A stretch of DNA of 64,000 nucleotides from Octopus sinensis (GCF_006345805.1 NC_042997.1:113770001-113834000), one strand, 5' to 3'; positions 1 through 14,899 are shown, numbered from the stretch's first letter. Program-made: numbers and translations. Notes: a model not told the origin generated them from the letters alone.

Positions 1-1204
1 ACATTGCGAAACTGCTCAGATATGTGACATGATGCTACTACTACATGCACAAATGTACGAGCCTGCACCCCCAAAGCAGGGAAATACTTGCTGAATAACT
101 AGCATAACAGATGTGATGTTATTACTATGACCTGACTGTCTGAACTAACAAACTGCATACCCTTTCCACTTAACCTACCAGGCTGGTTTTATCTCTCTTC
201 TTAGTCCCTACACAAATTCTCTACCAAACCACCCTACAGAATTTTGAACTACAACTGCCTCTATATTCATCAGCATTTTAATCTTTGTGGTCTTTCAAGG
301 GTCATGAATTTTTCTCCTTTTTCTCCTGCTATGACATGAACATCTGAATACAGCAATAATCAAATGGCAATACGTCTTTGGCATACTTATTTAATTGCTC
401 TCTAAAGACTAGAAGAAAGATCAGCTTAGGTGTAAAGGAAAAAGAAAGAACTTGTACAGAACTAACTAATATATGGTATTACTGCTACTACACCGATATT
501 TTGCCATCCCTTATTTGTGTGAGTGCATGTGTGTGTGTGTATATATATATATTCAGCAGTTTGTCAACCAAATTTCATTCAGAATGTATCAGTTGACCTA
601 AAGCTATATAGTAAGTACTTGCTGTGGTGGTGATCAGTGGGATCAAACCTGCATAGTGGTCAGTTAGACAAACTCCAAAGAAATAACCAGTTCATACACT
701 CAAAATATATCACTGTTCACATTTGGCATAAGGCCACAGTGTATGTGTTAGAGGCAAAATGGCTGAGTAGATAAAGTATTGAGCCTAATGAGTTCAAATT
801 TTATGCTGGTAATACTTTGTTTCCTAGCAGAGCACTTTATTCTACAATGCATTTGTTCACCAATTTGTCATAATCAATTCCAAGATTAATGAGGGAATGT
901 TTAACTTCAGACTAGAGTTCAACAATTTTCCAGGTGCTCTTTGCTGATACCATTAACCTCTAGTTCTAATTACATCACTCAGACTTTTGTCACTGAGAAG
1001 ATGTTTTCTTCAGCTACAAGAGATTTGTAATATATATATATTCCCAGTATATCCCTATCTGTATTTAAAATACAAGTCACATATAAAATATTATATTAAA
1101 GCTAAGAAAATACATTCTGAAATATCTGACTTCTACTATGTAGATGAATATCACATGATTGACCATACTGTTGGCTAGACAAACTCGCTAACATTTTCTT
1201 GATC

Positions 1205-1350
1205 GGAAAGTTATTCTGTCACAGGGTGACCCCATTTACAGCTGAGCAGACTGGAGCGACATGAAATGAAGTGTTTCGCTCAAGAACATATGTCGCTCAG
1301 TCTGGAAATCAAACCTACAATCTAGTGACCATGAATGCAACACCTGAACC
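1205..1350 (-). mobile_element. tRNA-derived SINE head, family B (decayed); related copies at ~5735-5900 (+), 14590-14760 (-), 37300-37410 (+), 43383-43530 (+)
   Basis: The reverse complement reads ...ggtttgatttccagactgagcgacatatgttcttgagcgaaacacttcatttcatgtcgctccagtctgctcagctgtaaatggg. This matches 43383-43530 (B-box-like ggtttgactcc followed by gttcttgagcaaagcacttaatttcagttgctccaattcactcagctgtaaatgag). Confidence 0.7.
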
Positions 1351-1751
1351 ACTAAGTCATATAAATATACAAAAAGAAAAGAAAATTGTCCTCCCAAACC
1401 AATTACAAATTTACAAACCATTTAAAAACATGAGCACTCTTTGGACTGACCACAACCTCTCAAATATAAAAATACATTTAAAATTCAAAGCATTGATATC
1501 TGCAAGAAATATTTTATGTACAACTATAAGTATATCCTCTCTATACAAACTCCCAACAACATATCAGTCATACCCTTAAATGTTTTATGGGTTTGATTTA
1601 GGTGTTGCTTTCTAGGAATTTAGATAGGTGGCTTGACTATTACATGGCTACCTAGTGAGAATACTGACCCAACATTCAATTAGTAGTAATCACACAAAGA
1701 TATTTAAAACAAATACATCTATACGATACTAAAGTAACTTTTATAAGCTGA

Positions 1752-1958
1752 TAAAGGAGCCTTTCCATTGTTGCTCAACCTGCTAGAAATAGCAGCCAAA
1801 TTTCCTTCAAAATTACAGACTCTTGTCTTGAAAAAGGAGGGCCATATTGAAACAGTATAGTCCTAAATACACTATGTATGAATACTAGATGAGATAGTCA
1901 TGGCTGAAATGCCTTTGATCATACATCTGTTCTATCAGAGCTGACCTGGAGCTAAACG
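1752..1958 (+). repeat. ~210-bp dispersed repeat of unknown class; copies at 5073-5282, ~8250-8420, ~14400-14540 (-), ~29425-29560 (-)
   Basis: Copies share the start (a)agggagcc/aaggagcc, the internal gaaatagcagcc and aatgcctttgatc motifs, and the end gctaaac(aac)n. Confidence 0.7.
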
Positions 1959-4900
1959 TGAAACAAGAAATTTACAACCAAATGAAATAATATAAAGACA
2001 AGCACCAGACATTCATCCAAATTCGTACATGCAATAAACGCCAACATTTCTCCATCCCAATCAATCACACCATTATATATACACTAAGCACTATAATCAT
2101 CCCCTCGCAATGTGATGCAGCTTTCCACACATGATGCACATGCATCTTGTTGACTGCTGCATGTAAATTCAATTCAATAACTATTGATTTACAAACACAA
2201 TGAATCTGCACAGGACACTCCTGCTGAAGTGAGTAGAAGGGGTAGGACCAATAAGAGGGTGGGGGTTCAACTAGTACATTAGCCAAAGGCTCAGAAAGCC
2301 TAGGGATGAAGGCCTGTGAATATCTGATTGGCTCCTTCCTTAACATGAAAAATCACAGCACTCTTGAATATGGAGAAGGCCCCTTGCCCCCCACTTCAGC
2401 CTGAAAGCAGTCTTGTTCTGCCTTGTAAAAATTTTCTCAGACATCCTGGGATAAGGGAAAGGAGTGGAATTCCCACAGCTCATTGCTGGGTGGGAAATGT
2501 TGAGGAGTTCATTCAATTTTAAAAGACTTCTTGTCTCCAAAACTTGCATATTGCTGAAATTGTTTTGTTTTTTTTTTATAAATGACCAGAAAACTAATAT
2601 GTTCAAGGCCTTGGATTTGCTAACAAGCTGATATAAATGTATGAACTTTGAAAAAAATGTTTTTGTTTTAAATATTAATAAATGCCCATATACAGGTGAT
2701 AAAAGTTATTGAGGTGGTCAACAGAAAAGAAATACTCTGCCTGTACCAATTTTAGTTTCTGTTCATTACATTAGGTACATTAAGATTTTGTGGTAATCCG
2801 AGTTGATTTGTTGGGTTTTTTTTTGTTTTTTGTTTTTTTTTTTTTTGTTTTTTGTTTTTTTTTACCTTTTGAAATACTGCATATACTAATAAATAATTTA
2901 GAGTAATTGTTTTGTCACAAATTTAGAAAGCATACTTCTATTAGTTGCACTGTCAATAACCTCATAATAAAGAGATCTAACGACTCAATACAAGCAAAAA
3001 TATACCAAAATAGGTTATGACTAATTTTTATGTAGTAAAAGTTTCTTTTTAGCACTTCTGCTCAGATCTATTTTTATAGGCTTTATGTGTGAATGTGTGT
3101 GTGTATAATGTATGTATATATATGTATGTGTGTGTGTTTCCGTTCTTACCTCATGCTAAGACAAAACAAAAAGAGTTGAATAAAATAACTCAGCTAATAT
3201 GTTTCTTTGCCTTGATATTTTATCATTTATGGTTATGGTTACTGCAGTATTTGTTTCTGTTGCCAAACTACATAGTTATTATAGCTAAAAGTTTGTAGAA
3301 CAGCTTTTGACAATTTATATTTTTTATTTCTGGTAATATTGCTTAACTTTTTGTGAAGCTTGCCTGCTTGCATGCATACATATGCCTGTACACAAAATGT
3401 CTATTTTCATCTGTGGTTTTTAAAGAAGTATTTGATATATAAAATGTATCTGTCAATATATATGTATGAGACAGAGAGGGAACAACAGTACACAACATAC
3501 AACCTTTGTAATGTGTTGATATACAGGTCAGGAACTATTCTTTTGTTCCAAGCTTTCAAGGATGAGAACATTTAATTGATCCTTGAATTGGCCTTACCTG
3601 AAATGTATATAATAACTGAGAATCACACTCCTTAATTGTCAATATTCATAAGATGCCTTTAAAGTAGTTTAAGGCATAATTAGTAGTTTACCTAAGCTAC
3701 CTCAAGGAGTATATTCTCATTACATTATATGTGTGCATCTGTATTTTTCCTTCTTTTATAAATTGGAAAAAAAAGTATTTTCTTTCATTTAAATATATTT
3801 TTAACTTGCTTGTTCTGCTGAACTTTTCAAAATGTTAATGGAATGACACTTTACTTTTAAATGACAATCAAAGAGTTTTCTATCTTCTTTTTTTTTTAAT
3901 TACACAGCACCCACAATTAAACATTTTGATTAGAATTTTCATTCAATCCTTGCCTCTTAATACCTGTTTAAATTCCATCCATTCTATCACATTTTTTTAA
4001 ACCATGTTTGGTATTGTACTCAAGACAAATTGAATGCTGTCAATTCTTTTAATATTTCAATTGATCATATTTATACCCTTAGTTACCATTTTAGTGACTG
4101 ATATTACAATTTTATTTAATATATGTAGTGAAAACCTAGCAAAATCTTAATATATTTAACTAAAATATCTTTCAGAACTCTTGGCCAGTTATGTTTTCCT
4201 GTCAACACCAAACACTATTCAAGTTTATACACACTAAACTAATTCTTATAAAAACTATTTGTTCTTCCACTTCCAGAGGGCTTCCACATGCTATTTTATT
4301 TAGATTTATCTCAGGAATGTCAAATAGTTACCTTGATGGACATCTCAGCAATCATCATTCTCCACTGTTCTGTCTATTGCAGTAGTAATTTAGATAATAT
4401 AAAATGCATTCCTTTTAAAGCTTTCTTATAGAAGATAAAATCCTTGAACAGAATAGAATTTCTTTAGTGTTATTAGCAGTGATGTGGTACATATATATAA
4501 TTTGGCTTCATGAAGTTCAAGAATTAATAGATATTTAAGCAATAAAAGTAACAATATAATATAATGCATTATGCTAAATTGACACCCAACAGCTTTCTAC
4601 TTGTTCATTTAAAATGCATAGAGCACTATGGCAAATACTGTTTCTAAATTAGCCTTTTTTTTTAATAACTCCATTTTAAAATTTTAAGCCTTCAATATTT
4701 TATTTTTTAATGTTCAAAGAAAACTAATAAATATTCATGAAAAAATTATCACAACAGAAATATTAGATATACATTTATATAGATTGGGTGTAAAATCCTC
4801 TTAAGCAATATGGCATGTTGCACATAAAAATAACCCCTAAAGTTTAAGTGTAATCTTTGTAAGACATCTAGATTTAGATAAGTTGGTAAATCAAGCTCTG

Positions 4901-5018
4901 CAAAATTGTAAGAAGAATTTTTTAAATGTGTCATGTCAATGATATTAACTCTCTTTCCATGATGGTCTCATTGTTTCTGCCTTACAACCTGGATTAAACT
5001 TTTACTGCTTTACAACAG

Positions 5019-5075
5019 CAGATGTTTCCAGGAATTTTAGGCCCACCACCTAGACTTGGTGTTTACAGCTCATGA
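5019..5075 (+). CDS. Candidate exon of an unidentified plus-strand gene, encoding (Q)MFPGILGPPPRLGVYSS*
   Basis: A pyrimidine-rich acceptor aaacttttactgctttacaacag|CAG (NAGNAG) precedes an open frame containing GILGPPP. The TGA coincides with the start of a dispersed repeat. No partner exon was identified. Confidence 0.4.
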   Translation, partial: QMFPGILGPPPRLGVYSS

Positions 5076-5282
5076 GGGAGCCTCTCTGTGGTTGTTCTAC
5101 CTTCTGAAAATAGCTGCCTAATCATCTCATTCAAGTTACACCCTTTCATCTTAAAAAGGGAAGGATATATTGAATAAATGTAGTCCTACATACTCAGTGC
5201 CCAAGAGAGTCATGGGGCAGCCATAACTAAAATGTTTTCGATCTTAGGTCTGCTTAAGATTGATCAAGGACTAAACAACAAA
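5073..5282 (+). repeat. Copy of the ~210-bp dispersed repeat, inserted in the candidate exon
   Basis: Aligns by eye end-to-end with 1752-1958 and ends in gactaaacaacaa. Confidence 0.7.
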
Positions 5283-6736
5283 TGCATCATGGGGACTATA
5301 CAGAGCAACCAGGGGACCTATGGACATCATACACCATGTGAAGCAACACACCATGTCTCCAGATGGAGAGCAGGTGATGAGGTAGGTGAGGATGAGACCC
5401 ATGGAAGTGAAGTGAATGATGTCAGTGCTAATGGTAGTGATCAAAATGAAAGATTATTGATTCTATATAGTTATAAATATAGTTTATAATAAAGCATCTT
5501 AAATGGAAACATTAGTATAAGAGTTGCTACTAAAAAATAATAATTATACATTCCTATTATACTTACCAAAAGATAATGAAATTACAGTTTGCTTAAGACA
5601 TGTTTCTAGTAAAAATGTTAAGGATTTGGTGTGAATTACCTCTTGACATTCTATTTGCTGCCATTGTTACTTGAATTCTTAGTATGTAGCCTAGTTGTTA
5701 CAATTATTTGGATTATAATTATAAGTAAAGTTGTGGCTTCTATTCCTGGACTAGACAGTACATTGTGCTCTTGAGCAATGTACTTCATTTCATGTTGCTC
5801 TAATCTACTCAGCTGTAATGAGTACCAGCCAGGTGTTGGTGCAGCCCTAACCTTGTCCAGCTTTCACATCCTGGATGTTGCAGTGGGTCGAGAGTGGGGG
5901 GGTGGGGTTAAGCATGATGCATGCTACCAAGCCATACTTGCTCCTAAGTGACAACTAGATGACTGTACTAAACTACTTGAATTCCAGAGTAGATATTACT
6001 TGCTTCTTAAACAGAACACACAACTTTTTTTTTTCAAGACAGATATTTGAAGAAACTCATTTGAAATCTGTGAAAACAGGACTGGCTTAGCTAATTAAAC
6101 AGAACCATTGTATAAAGTTACGTTTATTTCATCATTTAATTCTCAGTCTGCAAAATCTTTGTGGACCAAAACTTTGTTTTTGTTTATTATGTAATGTCTA
6201 CATTGTAACTGCATATATAAAAGAACTGCTATAAAATTAAACTGTTTGCATAAAACTAAAGATGAGCTCTTTATACATCATAGTTCATGAAATGGTAAAG
6301 ACATTTGTCAAATTGGATTTTATATTTCAGTTCCAAGTAGACAGTTTTAGATATAATTTAGAATTTAAAGCTAATAGCATTTGTCAAAGTTGAATGCTTT
6401 ATAAATATGCTCTTTGCTTGATAATTAAGACAAACAAATGCACTGAAAAAAAATTGAGTAGTAAAAAATGATAGCACCTAATAGTATATAAAATTTTAAT
6501 ATCTCAGTAGAAACTGATTTGTTTTAAAATGATGCTATTGTTTTAACTGTATAAACTGAAAAACATACAATTAGAATTAATTGTTAAAAATCTAAGATTA
6601 TAATCAATTTATTTGAGTAAGTTATCTTTTCATGAACAATTAATTATTTTTAACAGATATTTTGGTAATCTCCAATTAAAATATCTGAATTTTGTGACCC
6701 TTTTAGGTTGCTCAATCTTGCCAAGTTGAAAATATA

Positions 6737-6788
<52 letters not shown>

Positions 6789-7603
6789 GAGTAATGAAAT
6801 TTATCTTTTGCACATATGTATTTCTAAAATGTCTTTATAAATTAATTGATCAAAGTATGAATTTTGAGGGAAAGGAAAAAAAAACCTTTTTGATTTAATT
6901 TAAACTTTACTGAAACTGGGAAACAGAAAATTAAAATTTATACAAAATTTGCTTTAGGTTTTGGATGAGACCTGCAAGCATGACAATTTTAGGCAGCTTA
7001 TTTTAAATATATATATATATATATATAGTATAGATTTATCACTTTAATTCAGTTTAACCACTATTTGCCAGTAGAATTTTAATTAGGTTTATATAACTAT
7101 TCTTATTTACATAATTGTATTCTTAAATAAGTATGATCATATACAAACTTGATGTTGTTACTTAAATGATTTTTTCTATTACTGAACTCCTCATTTCTTC
7201 AATAAAGTCATTTACCTTTCAATATAGAGACACTGAGTTAATAATTACGATAACGATGATAACTGATAATGACTGTAAGCCTAATAATGTTAATATTAAT
7301 TTTTGATGTAGGCAAGAGGCTATAAATTGAGAAGAGATGTGATTGATTATATACACCTCGCAGTATCTTGCTGGTACTATTTTATCAACTTAAGAGATAA
7401 AAATCTAAGTTAATCCCAGTGGGATTTAAACTTAGAATAAAATGAGATGGATACCACAATGCATTTTTTCTAGTGCTCTACCGCTTTTGCCATTCACCCC
7501 CCTTGTAATGATAATAATAAACATGCACAATATATTCAGTTTTATTACCATTTAATGTTGTTAATGCAGTAAGTTAATGTGTATGATGGGAAACAAATGC
7601 TTG

Positions 7604-7647
<44 letters not shown>

Positions 7648-9115
7648 TGAACACAACTATTGTATCAACCAGCCCCCAGAGCTTCTAGGTGGGGTTCCCT
7701 CTCCCCTTTATATATGTAGATAAAATGAAAGTTTTCTAGAAATGAAGGTTCTAGTTTCTTTTTGCACTAATGTATTTTTTCATTTATCAAGATTTTATCA
7801 AAACAAAAACTGCGTTTTACTGATCTCTTTGATGGATCTTTCTTTTTTGTCTTTTTTTAATTATGAAAATGAAATGCTGTGTTACGGTAAATTAGAATTA
7901 TAATTCACGATTAATAAGCATTGCTAAACTTCCGGCTTTATTACCATAATGTTAATGTATTGATATTGTTGGAATATTTTCAGAGAAGTTTTATTTTATA
8001 ACTCTATTGGAAATTAATTCTAACCTAACAAGTTCTTAAGTATTTGTCCTTACTATAGACGCTATCTAGCACCAGTACCATAATGTGAATTTGTAACTCT
8101 TCAGATGGTTACAATGACATCCTAACAGCCCATTTACTACAGCTCTCAATTATTATTACCATGCAAACAGGAGTAATTATTTAAACCATGGGTTAATGAA
8201 CACAAAAATGGTTACAGCCTGCTACCAGATCAAATTTACATCCACTGGCCTATAAGGGAACCTCTGTGTGGCATTCAGTCTTCCCTCTCAAATCAAACAC
8301 CACTGTCTTAAAAAATACAGGACATATTGAATAAAGAAAATTCTAGATGTCTGAGATAAAGAAAAGGGTGGGGTGGTCATGGTTAGAATGCCTTTGATCA
8401 TAGGATTGACTTTTAACTAAACACCAAAGTGGAAATTATGCATTCTAAACCACACATATTCTATATCTAAACCACACATTTCATCTAATCTAGAACCAGC
8501 TTAACATCTTTGAATAAATTTGTGAGTATCTGAAATCTGCTGCTGGCTGAATAAGAACTCAATACTGGTGTGTATTGAAATTTATTGATTTCTAAGATGA
8601 CACTATGTTTGATGCTAAATAACAATAAATTCAACTAAGGATAAAACTTTTCCATTCTTATTAACATAAAAAAGTAGTCATCAGATGCACAATACACACA
8701 CTTATGATAAGCGGAAGCTTTCTTTAAAACAAATGCATTCAGGAGAATATATTTTTTACCAAAATAAAATACTTTTATCAAGAAGGAACTCTTTATTTTA
8801 TGGAGGACTTTTTTTTCTGCCAAAATATTTTGGAGTTTTCTTTTGTGTTGGGGGAACAACCTATGATATAAAAGCAACAAGGTATGAAGCATGGAAATAT
8901 GATAAAGCTTGATATGTTTTATTTATGTTTTATATCCACCAGTTAACGAGTTTTTTTTTGCTTGTTTGTTTTTTTGTATTTTGTTTGTTTGTTTGTTTTT
9001 ATGCAAAACGAAAAATGACTGAAGTTACATAGTGAAATGATTCTTAAGTGTCAAGCAAAATGCATTAGTTTGGTCTTTGCTTTCTGCAGCTTATTGTGCT
9101 TATTTAATTCATATA

Positions 9116-9156
<41 letters not shown>

Positions 9157-11343
9157 TACATATACTTTGAAGGTATATATAACCTGTCCTTGTCTTATTC
9201 AATTTATGTTTTGATGTTGTTGAACATTTTTGTAAGTTAGATGAATTTAGAAAACTATTTAAAAACCTAATTTTAATATTATCTAATTTTGAAGGGTTCC
9301 CCACCCCCCAAACATGCACAAAAGTGTCTCATAGTTACAACAATAGCAACAGCCATTATTGGAAATAATACTTATAGAACTAACAGAATTTTCTCAGAGC
9401 ATAATGAGCAGATAATAGTAGTACAAAAACCTGATGTGATCATAAGACAAGCACCAACATGAGATAATAGTCTGCAATATAATATGATAGTAAAATTTTG
9501 CCTAAGGATCAGAAAATATTGAGAAATTGGCTTTTGTCAGAGAACTGACAAAAAAAAGAAAAACTTTGGTACTTGTAAGTGAAAATTTCTCTATTCAAGT
9601 TGAATACTGAGAACATCACCATAAAACTTTTATTTTCTGTGTAAATCCATCACAAAGAATAACACAAATATGAAAATCTATTTCTAAGTGATTGTATTTA
9701 TTGAATGAATTGATCTGGATTCTGTTATATTAATTAGTTGAAAATGAACTATTTAAATCAATATATTCTAAAGTATACATTCAAGTATGTTATATTTCAC
9801 TTATTCCATTCTCACCAATTAGTTTCAAGCAAATTCTATAGAGAATATTGTAACTGTGGGAGCACTATTCTATTAAAATTCAAAATATGTTAGTAGTTGT
9901 CAATAAGTTTGGTTACTTGTGCTAGCTTTAGGCATGGCCATGGATGTGTAGTTAAGTTTGCTTCACAGGTAAGAGGTTTTATATTCAATCCTAATGTGCA
10001 GCATTTTTGGCAAGCATCTTTTACCATAGCCTTGCATTGACTAAGCAATGTGAATTAAATTTAGTTGATGGAAACTGTGGAAAACCTGTTGAAAGGACCA
10101 TTTCTGTTCTAGGGTGGTAAACTTAATTCATTACACCATCACCTGGCCCTTGGATACTTATAGCAGAATCATCTTCGTTATAAGCATTTGGACCAGATCT
10201 CTGGTCTGAAAATAGCTTCCTCCCTTCCTCCTTACCAGTCTCAGAGACCCTGAAAAAGGGTGACAGACACTACCCTTCCTCCTCTGACTAAGCCATTAAA
10301 AAATGTAAGCAAATTCACGCTATGTTATTAGAGGGAAAAATTGTGCTTGTATATTGAAAAAGTAGTAACTATGTTAAAATTCAACATGAGCTAACTATTA
10401 ATGTTTAAATGTCATTTAAAATGTATTACACTAAAACTAAGGCTATAAATGCTTGTCGATTTCTGTTCTTTTTTTTTTCCTTTATTTTGTTACCCAATTG
10501 ATGTATTAAGAATTGGGTGAGTTTGTCCTAATGATGATGGTGCTATCATGTAGCTTATTTGACAGAGATGTTAAGTCCTATATGAAAAATATCTTTAATG
10601 GCTTTGAAAAATGCTGCAAAGAACTAATTATTATTACTATTATTACATGAAAAAAAAAAAGAAAATATTCTGTTAAAAGTGTGTTGTAAAATTTGAACAA
10701 CTGGAAAATTTGAAAGTGCCGAATTTTTAATTATATGAATCTTAGATGTTTGAATGTTCCATCTAAAATGATTATTCCAATGGATTCAGTTCAGTGTATT
10801 CCAACAATATATCTGATGCAATGTTTTTAAAACAAACAAGAAAAAGATGCTAAATGAGAAACTTCAAAAGTAATTTTGTTTTCATACACGTAAGTTAAGG
10901 TTCTCAGTGAGCACTGCCTGCTGTAGTTTATGTAACAGTCGACTACTGATAAACTCATTATATATGCATATATATATATCAGATAGTTGCAGATGACATG
11001 TGACAGTTTTCAGTAGAATAGCACCCAATTGATCAACCTAAGATAATGAGTTGACTTTTTTTTTTTTTTCTGTGCATTCCACTAGTAGGAGGACCAACAT
11101 CAATGTTTTATAGAAGAAACAATAATTGTATCTAAAATTCGAATTGTTATTTTTTGTATTTATTTACCATATGTAGCAAACATGTCTTTTAATTTGCACA
11201 TTTTTAAAAACTGTTCACTATAACTTTTTTTTTATATGTTGTAATAAAAAAGAAACTACCATCAATTAATTACTCCTTTATTCTTACTGAAATTAGCCTG
11301 ATATTTAAAATATCTTATTTTTTTAATGTGTTAATTTAAAATT

Positions 11344-11380
<37 letters not shown>

Positions 11381-13769
11381 GGAATTTACAAAAAAAAAAA
11401 AGACGGGTGTGTAAACAACAAACAGATGTATTAGTTTAACGCTCGGGAAGTGAGATATATATATATACATGTATGTATGTATATAAAATTGAATGTCAAA
11501 ATAACTCCTTTTGTTTGAAAATAAAAATATGAAAGCATCTAAAAATACTACGCTCAGCTGCTTGTCAGATGAATATCCTCCCCCACTTTTTAAAAAATTT
11601 ATTTAATGTATTTTCTGCACTGATTCCTCAATAATTTGGAAAATGTTACCAACTGATAATATACCTATTATATTAACTCCTTTAAACACAGTCAATTTGT
11701 CTTTGTTAAAAAAAAAACATTCAAGCTCACTTGCAATGCACTGTATTTAAATACTTTAACTGCCACTTTAAAAAGTTCAATGATACAATTAACACACTAT
11801 ACCGTTTCTTAGAATTTTAATGTAATTCTATTCAAAAAGTATAGAATTAACTTCAAATATTTTTGGAATTATAAAATATTACATTTTTCAATATTTGGAA
11901 AATTAAAATTAACCCTTCATATTACCACTATTTTTTTTTTTACTAACTTCTGTTCCCTAAAATATAACTTTCATATAAAAGTTTGCAGAAGATCACTACA
12001 ATACAAAGAAAAGAATGTAATAACGTCTACACTCAAAATAAGTTCAGCTCACAGAAGCACTCTTATAGGTTACTTTCGATCAACAACTATATGATTACTA
12101 TTTTAAATTTTAATTTACCTTTAACTGAAACGGGAAAGATCATACATGAAATGAAACTTGTTTTCATTCTGATTCTCTATTTGACTGGTCCACATAGCAA
12201 ATGTAATGAAGGAAATGCTTTGGTAACTATGTAGCTATTCCTTAAATATGAAACTATGGTGAATTTTATTTCTAAGATTTGAAGTATTTTTAAAACAATT
12301 TACTTTATAATAAATTATTTTTGAAGTTTGTAAATTCAAAAATGAATAGTTATTTTAATTATAAGACATATTTTATGTTTGTGCAAGCATGTGTGTGTTA
12401 GGATGAACATAGATTTTGTTGAAGCCAAGTAATTATCCATTAAACAGGGTTTAAGATGCATGCAAATATATATATACATACATACATACTTAAATACAGA
12501 TTTCCACAGAGTGTATGCTGTTGTGAAGAACATGATAGAAGCAGGAAGTTCATAATGAAGCATCAGCTTCAAATAAATATATATGTCTGAACAAACAGGA
12601 GGGAAAAGTACTCAATGCAGTAAAGTTTATCCATTTGAAGGTTGATGGTTCACTTTGTGGTACTTTGAGTTTCCTACATCTATGTGCTGAATAAATACAT
12701 TTACATAGAAGCATGAAACCTGAAGTGGCAATGAAATGACTCATCCTTGAATGAATACACATAACACACACAGACTTGCACCATCATGACCCATTCAACC
12801 CATGCCAGCATAGAAAAACCAATGTAAATGATGATGATGATGTGATAATGATAGTAATATAAAATATAGGAACCATTTAGACATCATTATAAAAATTTGC
12901 AACTGAACAGTTTCAAAAGTATATCTCTTAAGAAAAGTAATCATAATTAGATAATTAGTACTAGTTCATCAGGCCTAAATTAAAAATAAATGAAATTTGT
13001 TGAGCTATATATCTTTCTATACACACATACACAACTAAACCTATTTTAATGGAGAGAAAAATGAAAATATTTATATTTGGCTGAAGAAATCTATACAGTG
13101 ATGAAATTTACCATATAGAAGTGCTTGTTCCAATTTCATTCTTGTTTAACCAACCCCACCTCCTGCTCCCTCCCAATTTTTTTTTTTAATTAATAATTGA
13201 TGCAAATATATTTTAACAGCATATTAAGCTATGCATCACTAAATAAGCATCTTCACCATGGAAACTTTCATCTTTATAATCAGCAGGTTGAACCAAGAAA
13301 AGATTTTTTTTTAATATTATTTTGCACTTATTGAAAACTAGCGATGAATACAAGAAAAATGCTTGCTTTCTATTCCACTTGAATATGTCACACTATATAA
13401 AACAATTACATTTTTCTTCAAATTCTATATCAATGGATTTAAACTTACTGTTAAAAGTTTTGTTTGTTGTATTTTTGTTTTGTTTTTATATTTTCTTTTT
13501 CAAAAATGTGAATTTGTAAAAGCACAATATTTAACTTAAAGAATAAGTGGTACATAAGTCTATTTTTACTTATTTATTTTGAAGGGATTTGGGTAATTTT
13601 AAATTTTATAAACACTCTTTTGCAGCAGTTTTCTCAGACCCTTTTTGTATATAAAACTCTTAGCTCAAAAGGGTCAACTAAAGCCAATGTCATTTTCATG
13701 CACAACATTCTCTGTCTGTGAATAAAATTTTTATATATATATAAATTAAGATTGTTGTTCTTTATTTGG

Positions 13770-14095
13770 TATCTTGGAAAAGTGTTTTCTCCAAAGCCTC
13801 ATGCCAACCAAAGCCTTATGAGTAAATTTGGTAGATGGAAAGTGAAAGAAGCCCCTTGTATGTGTGTGTGTGTTTCTCTCCTTGTTTTGACATCATGTGA
13901 TGATTGTAAATGAGCACCATTATCGTATGAATAACGCTGTTCATTTCCAGTCTTTCATTATAAAGATCTGGTCATGGGGAAATATTACTTTCTTTGGAAA
14001 TGGATAAGAGTTGACAACAAGATGGGCATCTGACTAGAAAATCTACCTCAGTGAATTTCATCTAACCTATGGAAAAGTGGATGTTAAATAATGAT
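13770..14095 (+). mobile_element. SINE family A variant (head remnant, (TG)n, alternative 3' body)
   Basis: aagtgttttctccaaagcctcatgccaaccaaagccttatgagtaaatttggtagatggaaagtgaaagaagcc matches the SINE at 38343. Confidence 0.65.
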
Positions 14096-14899
14096 GATTG
14101 CTTACAATATAGAGAACACCTACAAGTAACCAAAGCACATACTTTTTTTTTTTTTACAGTTTCATGAGAACTTCTTTGGATACAGACAATGTGACTGGTG
14201 GTTTAGACAATGTAACAAACAACCACAAAGCCATGCATATTCACAATTAAGCAAAAAAAAGACACTGTACTATATCTGTTTCACTATTTTCTCTTTTTCC
14301 TATAATTTTTTTACATTTTGATGCCACTTTAAAAAAGCTTTATTTTTTCAAGTGGCAATAAAATTTTTAAAGTATTTTTCTAAATAACATGGCCAATAAC
14401 TATCTGTTATTGTTTAAGTTCAGTTCAGTCAAAACTGAGTACTTCTATGACCAGAAGTGTTCCCGCCATGACTCTTATGCTGATGATTCTGTATCTAAAT
14501 GAAGAACACATCACCAACTATGTCCTTTCTGTAAGACAGTAAAGTATTTGAGTTAGTTACAAATCAGGCAAAAGTACAGTACATCCCCATAGATAGGACA
14601 ACATCACAGAGCAATCCCACCTCCTAGTTGTTGATATTCATTCTCAGTTATGTGGACTGGAGTAACATGAAATGAAATTGCTTACTCAAGAAAATGATGC
14701 ACCACCTGGTGTGGGAATCAAAACTAAAACTTACGGTTGTGCATCCAACATCTTAAACTCTGTGTCAATCATTTAGGTTTTATTTGAGTGAATTTTGACT
14801 GTTATTTCTAGTGAGTCCAACAGAAAGGCTCCTTCATTAGCTCAACCACTAATAAGTTAGTTTAAATCAATAGACCAAAACCGTAGCACCACCTTTAAG

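Noticed and set aside
10236-10249. Possible 14-nt minus-strand microexon (ctttttcag|GGTCTCTGAGACTG|gtaagg)
   Set aside because: Such signal pairs arise by chance in 64 kb, and no gene context supports it.
5500-13700. Long TE-poor, U-rich stretch resembling an extended 3' UTR
   Set aside because: Plausible but not supportable from sequence alone, because it cannot be distinguished from intron or intergenic DNA.
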